From the human T2T-CHM13v2.0 reference genome, Homo sapiens, in the NCBI RefSeq assembly GCF_009914755.1, contig NC_060948.1: 64,000 nucleotides of DNA, one strand, 5' to 3'. Below are positions 27,620 to 39,456 of the stretch, piece by piece. A program made the translations under genes and the position numbers. The notes beneath the pieces were generated by a model that was given only the letters and a program-made list of their open reading frames with translations, was not told where the DNA came from and did not search any database. Every line of letters starts with the position of its first letter. The stretch's first letter is position 1.

Positions 27620-28934
27620 CTGGAATTTTACACACAGAGATGCCCACACCCCTGGTTAGTACTGGGACTCTTCTTCTCTTAGGGTGTCCCCCAAGGGTCA
27701 GGTCCTATTGTGCTCAAAGCTCATGGCTGCATTTCCTGAGCCCTCCGCCTGCCGGATTTAACCATGCTTACCAGCAGGATGGAAACTTCCTTTGCCCCTG
27801 CCATGCACCCATTGACCACTAAATGGGGCACAAGGACTGTTGGATTTATTGTGGTCCTTCCTCCAACACATCCTACCTTTTCCAGGGTGACAAGGCCTGG
27901 GTCGGGGCACCACTGATGCTTGCATGCTAAGGCCCAATTTATGTGGGCCTGGTCATCAAAACTGTCCTTCAAGGAGAAATCTCTGAATTAGCAACAGGAG
28001 GCTTAAGAAGCTTTAAGGGTGTGGTGGATGTCCTCTAGGCCAGGGCCGAGAGAACAGCTGCTGTACTCTAGCCTTCTGTCCCCACTTGCCATCAAAGTAG
28101 TAAGCCCCCCTTTCAAGGTGGTACTAGTATCATGTGTCCAAACTGACCGTATATTCACCCTTCCATTACCAATTATTGAATGGTTGAAACAACAATTCAA
28201 CAACTCTAAGACTTTGCCTATGCACAACAGATTGTCCTTGAGTGGCCCCAGGTAGGAGAAAGCCTATCTGGGGAGCAATGGTGGAAATGCCCTAAGGCTT
28301 CTACTATCCACATGAAAATTACAGACCTGTCTTTAAATTGTCCTGATGTGGGTGGCCATACACTATGATGGGGGACTGGCCTTTCAAAGTGGCCATCAAA
28401 TGGTGACACCTGCCTAAATCCCAGAGGGCAACATGAACAGAGGTCTTCTGGGCACCACCCCAAGAATTTAAGACTTCTAAATAGGGAATCTTGATCCTGC
28501 CTAGCAGGAATAACCTACTTGTGAGATGAGGAAAGAAGTTTAGCCATTGGACATAAGGACCCAGGAGGCAGGAGTCAGAAGATGTCTCATGCTCAGTAAC
28601 CTCTGCAGGGGTAGACTCTGGTGGGACCATGGTCTCAACCAGGGTATCTGGGAGACTAAGATGTTCACTGAGCACTCCCAGTTGTACTTTGGGACCACCA
28701 TGGGAAGCAAAACTGGGAACAAATTCTCCCAACCCCAAAGAGTCGTGGGTTGTTAGAGAGCCCTTTTCCAGACAGCCTGACATCCGTGTCTTTAGTCCAG
28801 TGGCCATGCTAATTGCCTCTAAGTGGCCAACTGGTTTTTATCCTCCTAATTCTAAGGAAGGATACAACAGAATAGCAAGAGAAATAAGTCCAATCATACC
28901 CACCACCTGAAGATCTAGGTGCTTTTCCTGGAGC

Positions 28935-28952
28935 CTCCTGGCTGGCTCACCG
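28935..28952 (-). promoter_or_regulatory. Primer binding site, tRNA-Arg
   Basis: Minus strand CGGTGAGCCAGCCAGGAG, 3 nt after the 5' LTR; 16/18 match to TGGCGAGCCAGCCAGGAG (tRNA-Arg-ACG 3' complement). Confidence 0.85.
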
Positions 28953-28955
28953 AAA

Positions 28956-29585
28956 TGTCACAGCTAAGGTTGTTGCCTAGCCATGCCAAAGAATTGGTGT
29001 GGTGGCTGAACCTGGGCAAGTGATAGTGACATGGCCCGATAGAGAGAAAAAGCTGTAAGTTTTGTTGAGCAGAGTGAAAGTATAAAGCTTCCACAGCATG
29101 GAAGGGATCCCAAATGTGTAGCCAGAATTAGAGTATATGAATGCCTTTTAAACTCCATAAGGTGGAAAATACGTGCAACTTAGGTTTTATCTACTTTATG
29201 ACCTTGCCACAGCATGGCAAAGGAGACAGGATTTTACAGGATTTTACAAAGTATGTTTACAAGGAATTGGAATTGAGAGCATAGATAAGGTCTGCTGGTC
29301 ACAGAAAAGTGGAAAGCTAACATTCCTTTTACTTTAGTTTTGGGAGAGGGGGAAGGCAGAGAGGGAGAGAGGACACAGGAAAACTTACAGCAAAATTGTT
29401 CCTGTTTATAGCTTTCTTGGGGAAGAAAACACATGCACAAATCCTGGTGTTAGGAATAGTTTAAGCATATATCTTCAATACTATCCATCCAGGATGGAAA
29501 CAATTCCTAATGCAGGAAATCAGTGAGTTTCACAGCTTTCTGAGCCCCTACTCAACCCAGGAAACCTAGCTAGCTTCTCCAGTCA
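28956..29585 (-). mobile_element. 5' LTR (LTR30-like) with internal deletion
   Basis: Direct repeat of 20389-21096, 630 bp versus 708 bp. Confidence 0.9.
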
Positions 29586-30655
29586 ATATTGCAAGTTATT
29601 ACATTAAAAACGTAATTATCTGAACAAAGCTTTATGAATGACAGTGCTTAACAAGGTGGCAGTGAAAAAGTGAAGATAAAGAAGACAGGGTTTCAAGAAC
29701 TGTATACCTACTTTGCAGCCATGTCACTAAACCAGTTGTGATCAGAATGACAATTCAAAGAAAGAGGAGTATTCTGTTTAAATTGTCTCTGAGCTTGAGG
29801 AGTAAGAAGTATAAAACATGGGAGAAACTGATTGCATGGAAATATAGTGGAAACAAATTGTAGATGAGGGTTTGCATCCGCAGAAGCTAGTGATGGGATG
29901 GGAATTCAAGGAACTCCTAGTGAAATGCTCAAACATTTTCAGGGACATAAGATAAAATTCCTGGAAAGTTTACAGAATTGGAAAAAGCACAGGCAGCACA
30001 GTCTCACTGTGAAAATAATTGCAGCTAAGTTATAATGGATGTTTAGACTATATCACATTTGGCACCAGCTATTTATGCTCATTTCATAATTTATCAGTGC
30101 ATCAGTTGTACCAGGAAGATAATAATATTCAGCTGCTTTCCCAGAGTCTGAAATCATCTGCACACATTCCAAGGGTGACAGATGGCAGACTTGCTAGGGG
30201 ACAACTCTCTTCTTCCCCCTCCCATAGAAACCTTTCAAATTCTAGCACGTGTAAAAGAGGAAGCCATTTCCTCAAAGCACCATTTTTTCTTTGCTTATTT
30301 CCCCTACCAAACTTCTTCCTTTGATTTTAAGTCCAACTGCAGTCCTTTCAAAGAATCAAAATCAGCAGCAATGCCGTTACTTAACAGCAAAAGTTACTCA
30401 AATTCTGAATTAATAAGTGCCATTTGGAAATTTAGCTGCAGAAACTCAAAAAATGAAACTAGAGAAACCCATAACATAATAGGGGATTTGACAAACTTCT
30501 CTAGGGAACTGATAAAATAACTAGACAAAGAATCAGTAGAAGGTTATAAATATTTAAAATTGGAATACATGATTAGTAAACTAGTCTTGTAATCTATAAA
30601 ACCTTACATCCACAGTGTAAAATACACATTCTTTAGAACATGTGAAATAATAACT

Positions 30656-30991
30656 GTGGAAGGAAACTATCTGGGGGGCTCCAAAATCACTAATCTAAAT
30701 GGAAAAGTCAAGCTGGGAACTGCTTAGGGCAAATCTGCCTCCCCTTCTATTCAAAGTCTTCCCTCTGTTTACTGAGATAAATGCATATCTGATTTTCTCC
30801 TTTAAAGAGGCTAATCGGAAACTCAAAAGAATGCAACCATTTATCTCCTATCTACTTCCAACCTAGAAGACCCCTCCCGACTTGAACCCTTCTAGGCTGA
30901 ACCAATGTTTATTTTACATATATGTTGATTGATGTCTCCCATCTCCTTACAGTGTGTAAAGCCAAACTGTACTCTGACCAACTTGGGCATA
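30656..30991 (+). mobile_element. MER4A-like LTR, 3' part missing
   Basis: CCAAAATCACTAA..AAAAGTCAAGCTGGGAACTGCTTAGGGCAAA. Confidence 0.8.
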
Positions 30992-31479
30992 TGTCCACGT
31001 GTCCATATAGAAGACCACGTGAACAGGCTTTGTGTGAGCAAACAAGGCTGTTTATTCAGTTGGGTGCAAGTGGGCTGAGTCTGAAAAGAAAGTCAGAGAA
31101 GGGAGATAGGAGAGGAGAAGCTTTATAGGGCTTGGGTAGGCAGTGGAAAGTTAGAGTTAAAGGTGGTTGTCTGTTTTCAGTAGGGGAGGGGGTCACATGG
31201 TTCCTGGTGGAGAGATGATGAGACTCATTGTCCAGGAGAAGAATGTCACAGGATCAATTGATCAGTTTGGGCAAGGCAGAAACAAGTCATAATGGTGGAA
31301 TGTCATAAGTTGGTGGAATGTCATGAGGTCGGTCAATCAGTTAGGGCAGGAGCTGGCTGTTTCACTTCTCTTGTGGTTTTTCAGCTGCTCCAGACTTCTT
31401 GGCTCCTGCAGGCCATCTAGATGTATATGTGAAGGTCACAGAGGCTATAATGGCTGAGCTTTGGCTCAGAGGCCTGACG
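30992..31479 (-). mobile_element. HERV-H-family solo LTR (LTR7C-like)
   Basis: Ends GGCTCAGAGGCCTGAC (reverse complement of the LTR7 start TGTCAGGCCTCTGAGCC); AACAGGCTTTGTGTGAGCAA. Confidence 0.85.
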
Positions 31480-31753
31480 AGACCACCAAACAGACCACAT
31501 CCTGGGCTGTAAAGCAAAGTTCAATAACTTCAACAACTTTTTTTCTCTGAACACAAAGTTTCACCACTAGAAAAAAACGCTAAAATGTTTGAAATTAAGA
31601 AAGAAAGTTCTAAGTAGTTCCTTTACCAACTGAAAATAAATATGGAAATTAGAAAATACTCAGAAATAACAAGGAAACTTTCATATGACACCTGGCAATT
31701 TTTTGGAGGCCATGAAAAATGGTGCTAAGCAAATTTAATTATTTTAAGTAAAT

Positions 31754-32218
31754 TTGGCCCTACAACAACATAAAGATTAGGGACACGGATCCCCACTCAC
31801 AATCAACAGTCTGCATTTAATTTCTGACTGCCCCGGAACTCTACTCTTAATAGTGTACTTTTGACCAGAAGCCTTATTGATAATACAAACAGCCAATAAA
31901 CACATATTTTGTATGATCTATGCATTACATACTGCTATACTGTATTCTTACAATAAAGTAAGCTACAGAAAAGAAAATGGTATTAAGAAAATCATAAGGA
32001 AGAGAAAATATATTTACTATTTATTAAGTGGAAGTGGATCATCATAAAGGTCTTCATCTTCATTGTTTTCACATTGAGTAGGCTGAGGAAGAGGAAGATT
32101 AGGAAGAGAAAAAGGAGAAGAGGTTGTTCTTGCTGTCTCAGGGGTGTCAGAAGTAGAAGAAAATTCATGCATGTGTGAACTCATGTGGTTCAAACCGATG
32201 CTTTTCAAGGGTGAACTT
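31754..32218 (-). mobile_element. Tigger2a/MER28-like DNA transposon
   Basis: Reverse complement of the 12475-12951 element; end TTCAAGGGTGAACT. Confidence 0.85.
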
Positions 32219-32727
32219 AGTCATGTAAAATTGAGTTTGGAAAATAAGTTTGTAGCAGAGGGATTAAAAAATGAGTCTTTCTGATATGTAGATGACATTC
32301 AATGGCATCCCACTGTATGAAAGGAGTGAATGTCAGTAAAAGACTGAGTCAGAATTTAACAATATCAGGGAAAAGCAAAGGAAATGGCAAACTGAGAATT
32401 AGCAATGGGTATAGTAGGAAAAGAAACACACACACAAGCAAGGCAGTGTATTGTCCTAAAGACCAGTATGCAGAAGTGACAAGTCATTTCAAGATAGAGA
32501 TTGTGAATTGAAAATAGAATTCAACACTGTGACGTTATCAGTGACCTTTACATAACTTCTCAGAAAGGTAGTAGAAAATTTTGAATGGACATTATTAAAA
32601 GAGAATGGCAGGTGGAAAAAACAGGGGCATGGTGAGGAGACACAGCTATCATGGAGGAATTTTGCTGATATAGGAGCACAAAGAAAGGAGTGGGGTTGGT
32701 GCCACTATCTGACTGATAAAATGAGAT

Positions 32728-33410
32728 TGTCTTAGCTCACTCAGGCTGTTTTAACAGAATACATTAGACTGGATAATTTGGAAACAACAGAAATTTATTT
32801 CTTACCGTTCTGGGGCCTGAGATGTCCAAGATGAAGACATGGCAGATTCAGTGACAACTTGCTTTCTGCTCCTCTTACTGTGTCCTCACTTGGTGGAAGA
32901 GGCAAGGGAGCTCTATGAGGTGCCTTCTATAAGGATACTAATCCCATTCATGAGGATTCACCCTCATGATCTCATCACCACATGAAGCCCCCACCTCCAA
33001 ATACCATTGTAATATGGTGTGGCTGTGTCCCTACCCAAATCTCACCTTGAATGATAATGATCCCCACATGTTAAGGGCAGGACCAAGTGGAGATAACTGA
33101 ATCATGGCAGTAGGTATTCCCCATGCTGTTCTCGTGATAGTGAATAAGTCTCATGAGAACTGATGGTTTTATAAAGGGGAGTTCCCCTGCAGAAACTCTT
33201 TTTCCTGCCACCATATAAGATGTGCCTTTCTTCATGATTGTGAGCCTTACCCCTCAATCATGTGGAACTGTGAGTCAGTTAAAGCTCTTTCCTTTGTAAA
33301 TTGCTTTGTCTTGGGTATTAGCAGCATAAGAAGAGACTAATACACATTGCATTGAGGTTTATGATTTCACCATAAACATTTCAGAAGACACAAAAATTCT
33401 TACCATAGCA
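32728..33410 (-). mobile_element. MLT1A/MST-like MaLR LTR
   Basis: TGTCTTAGCTCACTCAGGCTG; AACAACAGAAATTTATTTCTTAC.GTTCTGG; ACTAATCCCATTCATGAGG. Confidence 0.75.
33010..33344 (+). mobile_element. THE1 solo LTR nested in the MaLR LTR
   Basis: T.ATATGGT.TGGCTGTGTCCC..CCCAAATCTCA ... GACTAATACA; 5-bp TSD CATTG. Confidence 0.9.
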
Positions 33411-34284
33411 AAGATCAAGATAATTTCTTTTACAATTATAGAAAATATGACAAATGTATGTGTTTGTTGGATGGAAAGGTTTCACTAGGGCAAGAGCTAA
33501 GTAGCTGTATCCTTGAAAGGAAAAGAGAAGAGAGAATCTATTGCACAGATAAAGGGATTATGTTTAGAGGAAAACATGTACCACTCATCCACATTAAGAA
33601 ACTACAGGGAAGAGTGTGTAGGTTGAGATGTCGGTAGCTTGATGCATGTGCAGGTGGAAGCCCATGGAAGCTTGTATCTCATCCCTTCCCTACTCTTGAT
33701 GAAAGAGAACTTAATCTCCTGATTAGCAGAGAAAAGTGTTGGAATTCCAGGAAAAGAAACTATAAAACAGCTCTCAGAAGGAGTTAAAGTATTCATAGAC
33801 TGGGAAAGTATAGCAACAGCTCCTGGAATCCCAACTTGGAGCTAATTAATCACAAATATAAAGTCTGAGCAGCTGGTATGGTTATTTGTGTGCACAGATG
33901 AAGGCCAATGGAGTGTAGGTGGAGTTTTATTTAGCCAGAATTGTGGTTAAAACCCAGTCTAAAAGAAAGCAAGAAGGAAGCAAGAGATTCAGGGAATCCC
34001 CGTGGGAGTGATTGTGAGGTTTGGCAATGTGATTTCAGTGGGGAAATAGGAAAAAGAAAAGAAGATGCATTTCAGTAAAATGTAGTGGTGTGCTGCAAAT
34101 ACTTGAGTTATTAGAAAGGGGAAGTTGTGCTATTAAGATTATAGAGGAGTGGTACTTATTGGAACTTATAATACGTAAGAAATTAGGTAAAATATAGAAA
34201 AATGTATTGGAGGTAAGATTTTAGAGAATTTGAGAGGTGAGTGTGTTGAAAAATTACATGTATATATCCTAATATCAAGAATTA

Positions 34285-34585
34285 GGGCTTGGTGAAGTGG
34301 TTCACACCTGTAATCACAAGACTTTAGAAGGCTGAGGTGGTAGGATCACTTGTGGCCAGGAGTTTGAGAACATCCTGGGTAACATAGTAGACCCAGTTTC
34401 TACAAAATAATTAAAATAATTAGCTGGGCATCATGGTGCATGCCTGTATTCCCAGCTATTCCAGAGGTTGAGGCAGGATGATCACTTGCCCTCAGGAGTT
34501 CCAGGCTGTAGTGAGCCATAATTGCACCACTGTACTCCAGCCTGGGCCGTAGAATTAGATCCTGTCTCAAAAGAAAACAAAAAAG
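34285..34585 (+). mobile_element. AluJ
   Basis: Diverged dimeric Alu. Confidence 0.85.
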
Positions 34586-35319
34586 AATAACCTCATTAGG
34601 AGATGACGAAAATTAAGAAGGAGGAACAATGTTGAGAAATAATTGGTACTAAGTTGGGTGTCAGTATAGGAGGTTGATATAATTTGATATCATAAGATCA
34701 TAAAATGATGAAATTGATAAAATCAGATGCCATGACATCCGAAGCTGGGTGGTTTAAGAAGCCAGAGGACAAATGATCTGAAGGTGGAAATTTGAACGAG
34801 GCAAACATGGAAGCTAATTCCAGCATTAAGAGTCCAAGGCTTTAAGGCATTTCTTCTTATGACCCCTCCACTTAACCCAGAATCTTAAATAACTGCAGGG
34901 GAGGTGATGTCCTTGAGGGAGGGTTTGAGAAGCAGTAGTAACAAGATCTCCATAATTCCATGAAGCAATGAGAAAATTTCAGAGGTTGTATACAGGAAGG
35001 AGATGAATCATCAGATGGGTTCCATGGATTATTGGAGTCCAGGAGGTGAAGCGTGATGACCTGTAAGCTACTGCTATTGTATGACTGATAAACACAGAGA
35101 AATGGAATGCCAGGCCACAGTGGGAGCCAGGACATGAGTGCCGCAGGTTAGGGCTGTCTGCGTTTCAAAAGTTTTCTTGTTACCCCTGGCAATGGAGCCT
35201 GGAAGAGGAGGTAAAGTATTATCATGTCCCAGAGCCTCACTTTTGGGAAGTTATGTGGCTCTGGATTGTCTGAAATATCTAAAATCACTCTTATTTACAC
35301 AACTGTATAATTATTTAAG

Positions 35320-36475
35320 CATTAGACCTAAAACCATAAACACCCTAGAAGAAAACATAGGCATTACCATTCAGGACATAGGCATGGGGAAGGACTTCAT
35401 GTCTAAAACAACAAAAGCAATGGCAACAAAAGCCAAAATTGACAAATGGGATCTAATTAAACTAAAGAGCTTCTGCACACCAAAAAAAAAAAAAAAAAAA
35501 ACTAACATCAGAGTGAACAAGCAACCTACAAAATCGGAGAAAATTTTCACAACCTACTCATCTGCCAAAGGGCTAATATCCAGAATCTACAATGAACTCA
35601 AACAAATTTACAAAAAAAAAACACCAACAACCCCATCAAAAAGTGGGCGAAGGACATGAACAGACACTTCTCAAAAGAAGACATTGATGCAGCCAAAAAA
35701 CATATGAAAAAATGCTCACCATCACTTGCCATCAGAGAAATGCAAATCAAAACCACAATGAGATACCAGCTCACACCATTTAGAATGGTGATCATTAAAA
35801 AGTCAGCAAACAACAGGTGCTGGAGAGGATGTGGAGAAATAGGAACGCTTTTACACTGTTGGTGGGACTGTAAACTAGTTCAAACATTGTGGAAGTCAGT
35901 GTGGCAATTCCTCAGGGATCTAGAATTAGAAATACCATTTGACCCAGCCATCCCATTACTGGGTATATACCCAAAGGACTATAAATCATGCTGCTATAAA
36001 GACACATGCACACGTATGTTTATTGTGGCACTATTCACAATAGCAAAGACTTGGAACCAACCCAAATGTCCAACAATGATGGACTGGATTAAGAAAATGT
36101 GGCACATATACACCATGGAATACTATTGCAGCCGTAAAAAATGATGAGTTCATGTCCTTTGTAGGGACATGGATGAAATTGGAAATCATCATTCTCAGTA
36201 AACTATCGCCAGAACAAAAAACCAAACACCGCATATTCTCACTTATAGGTGGGAATTGAACAGTGAGAACGCATGGACACAGGAAGGGGAACATCACACT
36301 CTGGGGACTGTTGTGGGGTGGGGGGAGGGGGGAGGGATAGCATTAGGAGATATACCTAATGCTAAATGACGAGTTAATGGGTGCAGCACACCAGCATGGC
36401 ACATGTATACATATGTAACTAACCTGCACATTGTGCACATGTACCCTAAAACTTAAAGTATAATAATAAAAAAAT
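35320..36475 (+). mobile_element. 5'-truncated L1PA (about L1PA3) 3' end
   Basis: ORF2 C-terminus (RPKTI.TLEEN; [18 protein letters not shown]), G-rich 3'UTR and short poly(A); frameshifts at A-runs. Confidence 0.95.
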
Positions 36476-37267
36476 CTATGATGGCATTTAGGAATTGCCT
36501 GGATACACTAGAAACGAAACCCAGGCAAAACCACCCAACAATCCTCAGTATGCATTTATTAAATCAATGCTATAAAATCATCTTACCTTGTTAACATTTA
36601 CAAAGTCCCCTGGAGGTTTTCTTCAGTGACTTAATCAGCTTGTGTCTTCAACACCTTCCTATATCCCTTATTCATTATAGATCCTTCCTATATAGATGGT
36701 CTATGGGAACTGGCTGATTATTTTTAACATAGCACACATCAAAATAGTTTTCCACTTTTTTACCTTGGAATTCAATAATTTTTAACAAAAGACACTGGTA
36801 TTGTTTTCTTTCCATGAGTCAGAAATAAGTCAATTTGCTTTTTAACTTTCACTAAGTAAGTCATAGCAAAGAATCCAAAGTAAGTATCTTATGTATGCAA
36901 AATGTAGACGATGCTATTGGAAGTTTAGCAGTAATAGGTGTATACATGTTAAAGAAAAAGTTGAATATACCATATAGCACAAAATATTACTGAAGTTGGC
37001 TTCCCGATCTTTCAACAGGACTGAACAACAAGGTGCATAAAATTTCAGAGACATGGGAAACACTCTCAAGCAGAAAACAGAGTCAGCTCCTTATGGGACA
37101 AAATTGGCTTGAGCAATTATTCCTTGGAAATGTTGCAAAGAGTTCAATGGCCACCTATTGTCACCAAGAGCTGCTGATTTTGCTGGAAAGAGCTTCCCAA
37201 AATTGCCTCAGGCAGCTGCTAGTGGAAGACAATCTGAAGCTCATGGGAGTGGACTTGACTTCAAGTT

Positions 37268-37850
37268 TGTAAGAAGTAAAGTAGAGGTTCCTCTTCAAAG
37301 ACTTTCCTCCCCATTTAGGAATAAATAGTAACTTCTCTTAGAAGCAATATTTATTCAAAGACCTGTGCTAACATTCTTAAATGTCTGCTAGCCATAATGA
37401 ATCAATGTATTTTATGTTCTTAGCTCCCACAATTTAGCATAAATATTTGCCCTGGCATGCTTATACTGGTCCAAGCAAGCGTTAGGTCATAGTGTGTTCT
37501 TCTTCCTTATTTAAAAGTGTTTTTAACTTTCTCAACATCTCACAAGTTACTTCCTCCTTCCTTTGTTCTCCTATACCTTTGTGTCTTTTAAAACATTGCA
37601 AGTTGCTGGCCAATCGGGACAAATACAGAATGTGAGGTCACATTCCAGCTGATGGAGACTGGACACGGCAGTAGGATGGACGCATCAGGATATAAATGAC
37701 CCTGTCACCTTTGTTCGGTGTACTCTCGTGACAAAACTGCTGGAGAGTGTATACCCTTTTTACAGGAAGTAAAAATTGCCTTACTAAATAGATTAAATTT
37801 ATGTTCGGGTGCTATTTCTTTATGGCACCAGGCCACAAACACTTCAGACA
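37268..37850 (+). mobile_element. LTR10-family (HERV-I) solo LTR
   Basis: TGTAAGAAGTAAAGTAGAGGTTCCTCTTCAAAGAC...CA; CCAAT, TATAAA and ATTAAA signals; TSD AGTT. Confidence 0.85.
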
Positions 37851-38094
37851 AGTTCATAAACTACCAGGTATGTTAAATTGATTGGCCCCAATATTTCTAT
37901 TGTCTACTGCTATACCAGTGTAAATCATTTTATTGGACATTTAAAGATGTTCGCAAATTTGAAGTTAAGAGTTTATGTGAGATAAGTAGGCAGGGTTGAA
38001 GGGAGAAGAAAGAAATTCTGTTACAAATATGATTACCATTTTTAGTAAGAAAGAAGAAAAATAAAAAGAGAATATTTAATGGCATTTTAAAAAA

Positions 38095-38440
38095 TGTTCA
38101 GATACATAGTCATAAAGAGAAAAACAGTAGTTCTTAGGGATGGGGTGACAAGTAGGAAATGGTAAGATGTACATCAAAAGATATAAAGTAGCAAATATGT
38201 GGATGAATAAATCTAAAGATCTAATATACAGCCTATGGACTATAAGTAATAACACTATTGTTTGTAGGATTTCTACTAAAGGAGTAGATTATAACTCATC
38301 TTGCCAGAGGGGTGAAGTGAGTAACATGTTATGATAAATATGTAAATTAATTCCATCATAGTGAATGTTTTACTATATGTATGTAACTTATAACATCATG
38401 TTGTATACCTTAAATATATACGATAGATTTATTTTGTAAA
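38095..38440 (+). mobile_element. Old L1M 3' UTR fragment
   Basis: GATCTAATATACAGC ... AACATCATGTTGTATACCTTAAATATATAC. Confidence 0.7.
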
Positions 38441-39456
38441 CAGTACATAATATGCAATACACATGTGTGTATACATATACACACATATGTACAAATATAA
38501 AATTTAAATATGCTTATAATTTACAATTGCCTATACCATAATTTACACTTGAATTTACAGAATTTTTCACATGCTCAGAAGAGAATAAAATGTAAAGGCA
38601 GAAAGAAAATACGATGGAATTAAAGCAAAGTTACACAAACAACCTGTTTTCAGATTCCCTCGATCATGCTATTCTCATTGCCAGAGAATGTTTTGGGTTT
38701 AATGCCATAATTTGCTATGGTTGACCATACTTTATGCATTGAGCATAGTGTGGAAATATGAAAATAAAGATTGTCTGCAGACAATCTTTTTTGTTTATGC
38801 AACCTACACTTAGAAAATGCAATTTCATTTTGCTAAATTAGGTCTTTAGTAAAATCTCATACATGTATTCTAGGACTTCAGTTTTCAAAGGATGTTTATT
38901 GTATATCCTGAGTTTGAAAATTAAGTACAGTCTTCAGATGGATTCACTCCACTTTCTGTTAAAAGTCTATGATAACTTCTTCTAAAATGTGAGGTTAAAT
39001 ATTTTTATTGTCGAACAACCATGTCAATAACCATGCGTTTAAAGATTCACGATACATGAGGAAAGGGCTTATGTAAAGAATATGCTAAAACAGAAGTCTC
39101 TGTAAGTAGTGATGATATTAAGAAATATTTCTGGACAAAGACTATACAACCAGTCATAATCAGTGATAACCTAGCTAAAGAATATAGTAACATTGTACTT
39201 TATCTATACAAACAGGTTTTATTAACCTAATGTATCTTCTTCATGTTTGTTTATAAGTTAGCAAATTATTAGACTGTCTTCACCTGTTCAACTACATTAA
39301 ACAGTTTTATTACTATCCTTGCTGTCATAGTAAATTACCTTGTGTTCACAAGATAACATAACATACATTGTCCTGCTTGTCTTTCTGATGTAGTTTTGCT
39401 TGGTGAAAATGCCTAACATTGAGGAATAAATGTGTGGTAGATTTTCTAGTTGGATC

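Larger units (their letters stand above)
20389..29585 (-). mobile_element. HERV30-like (HERV-W/HERV9 supergroup) provirus, near full length, defective
   Basis: Two homologous LTRs, TSD ATAT (20385-20388, 29586-29589), PBS, polypurine tract and gag-pro-pol-env remnants in order. Confidence 0.92.
30470..31745 (+). mobile_element. Old L1M ORF2 (endonuclease region) fragment split by LTRs
   Basis: AAATACACATTCTTT ... AGACCACATCCTGGGC..TAAAGCAA; GGAAATTAGAAAATAC. Confidence 0.55.
32225..35140 (-). mobile_element. Highly diverged L2 fragments (interrupted)
   Basis: Purine-rich plus strand with L2-like motifs (ATCAGTGACCTT..., GGAATTTTGCTG); weak recognition. Confidence 0.4.

Noticed and set aside
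28003-28463. HxT/HxA-like motifs (VHVAL, IHHTL) in pre-gag ORFs suggesting a 2H phosphoesterase
   Set aside because: The motifs lie in different frames from the most protein-like reading and are too short to be significant without a profile search
35138-36144. 173-aa and 162-aa ORFs
   Set aside because: Frameshifted C-terminal pieces of L1 ORF2p in a 5'-truncated element with no promoter or RT domain
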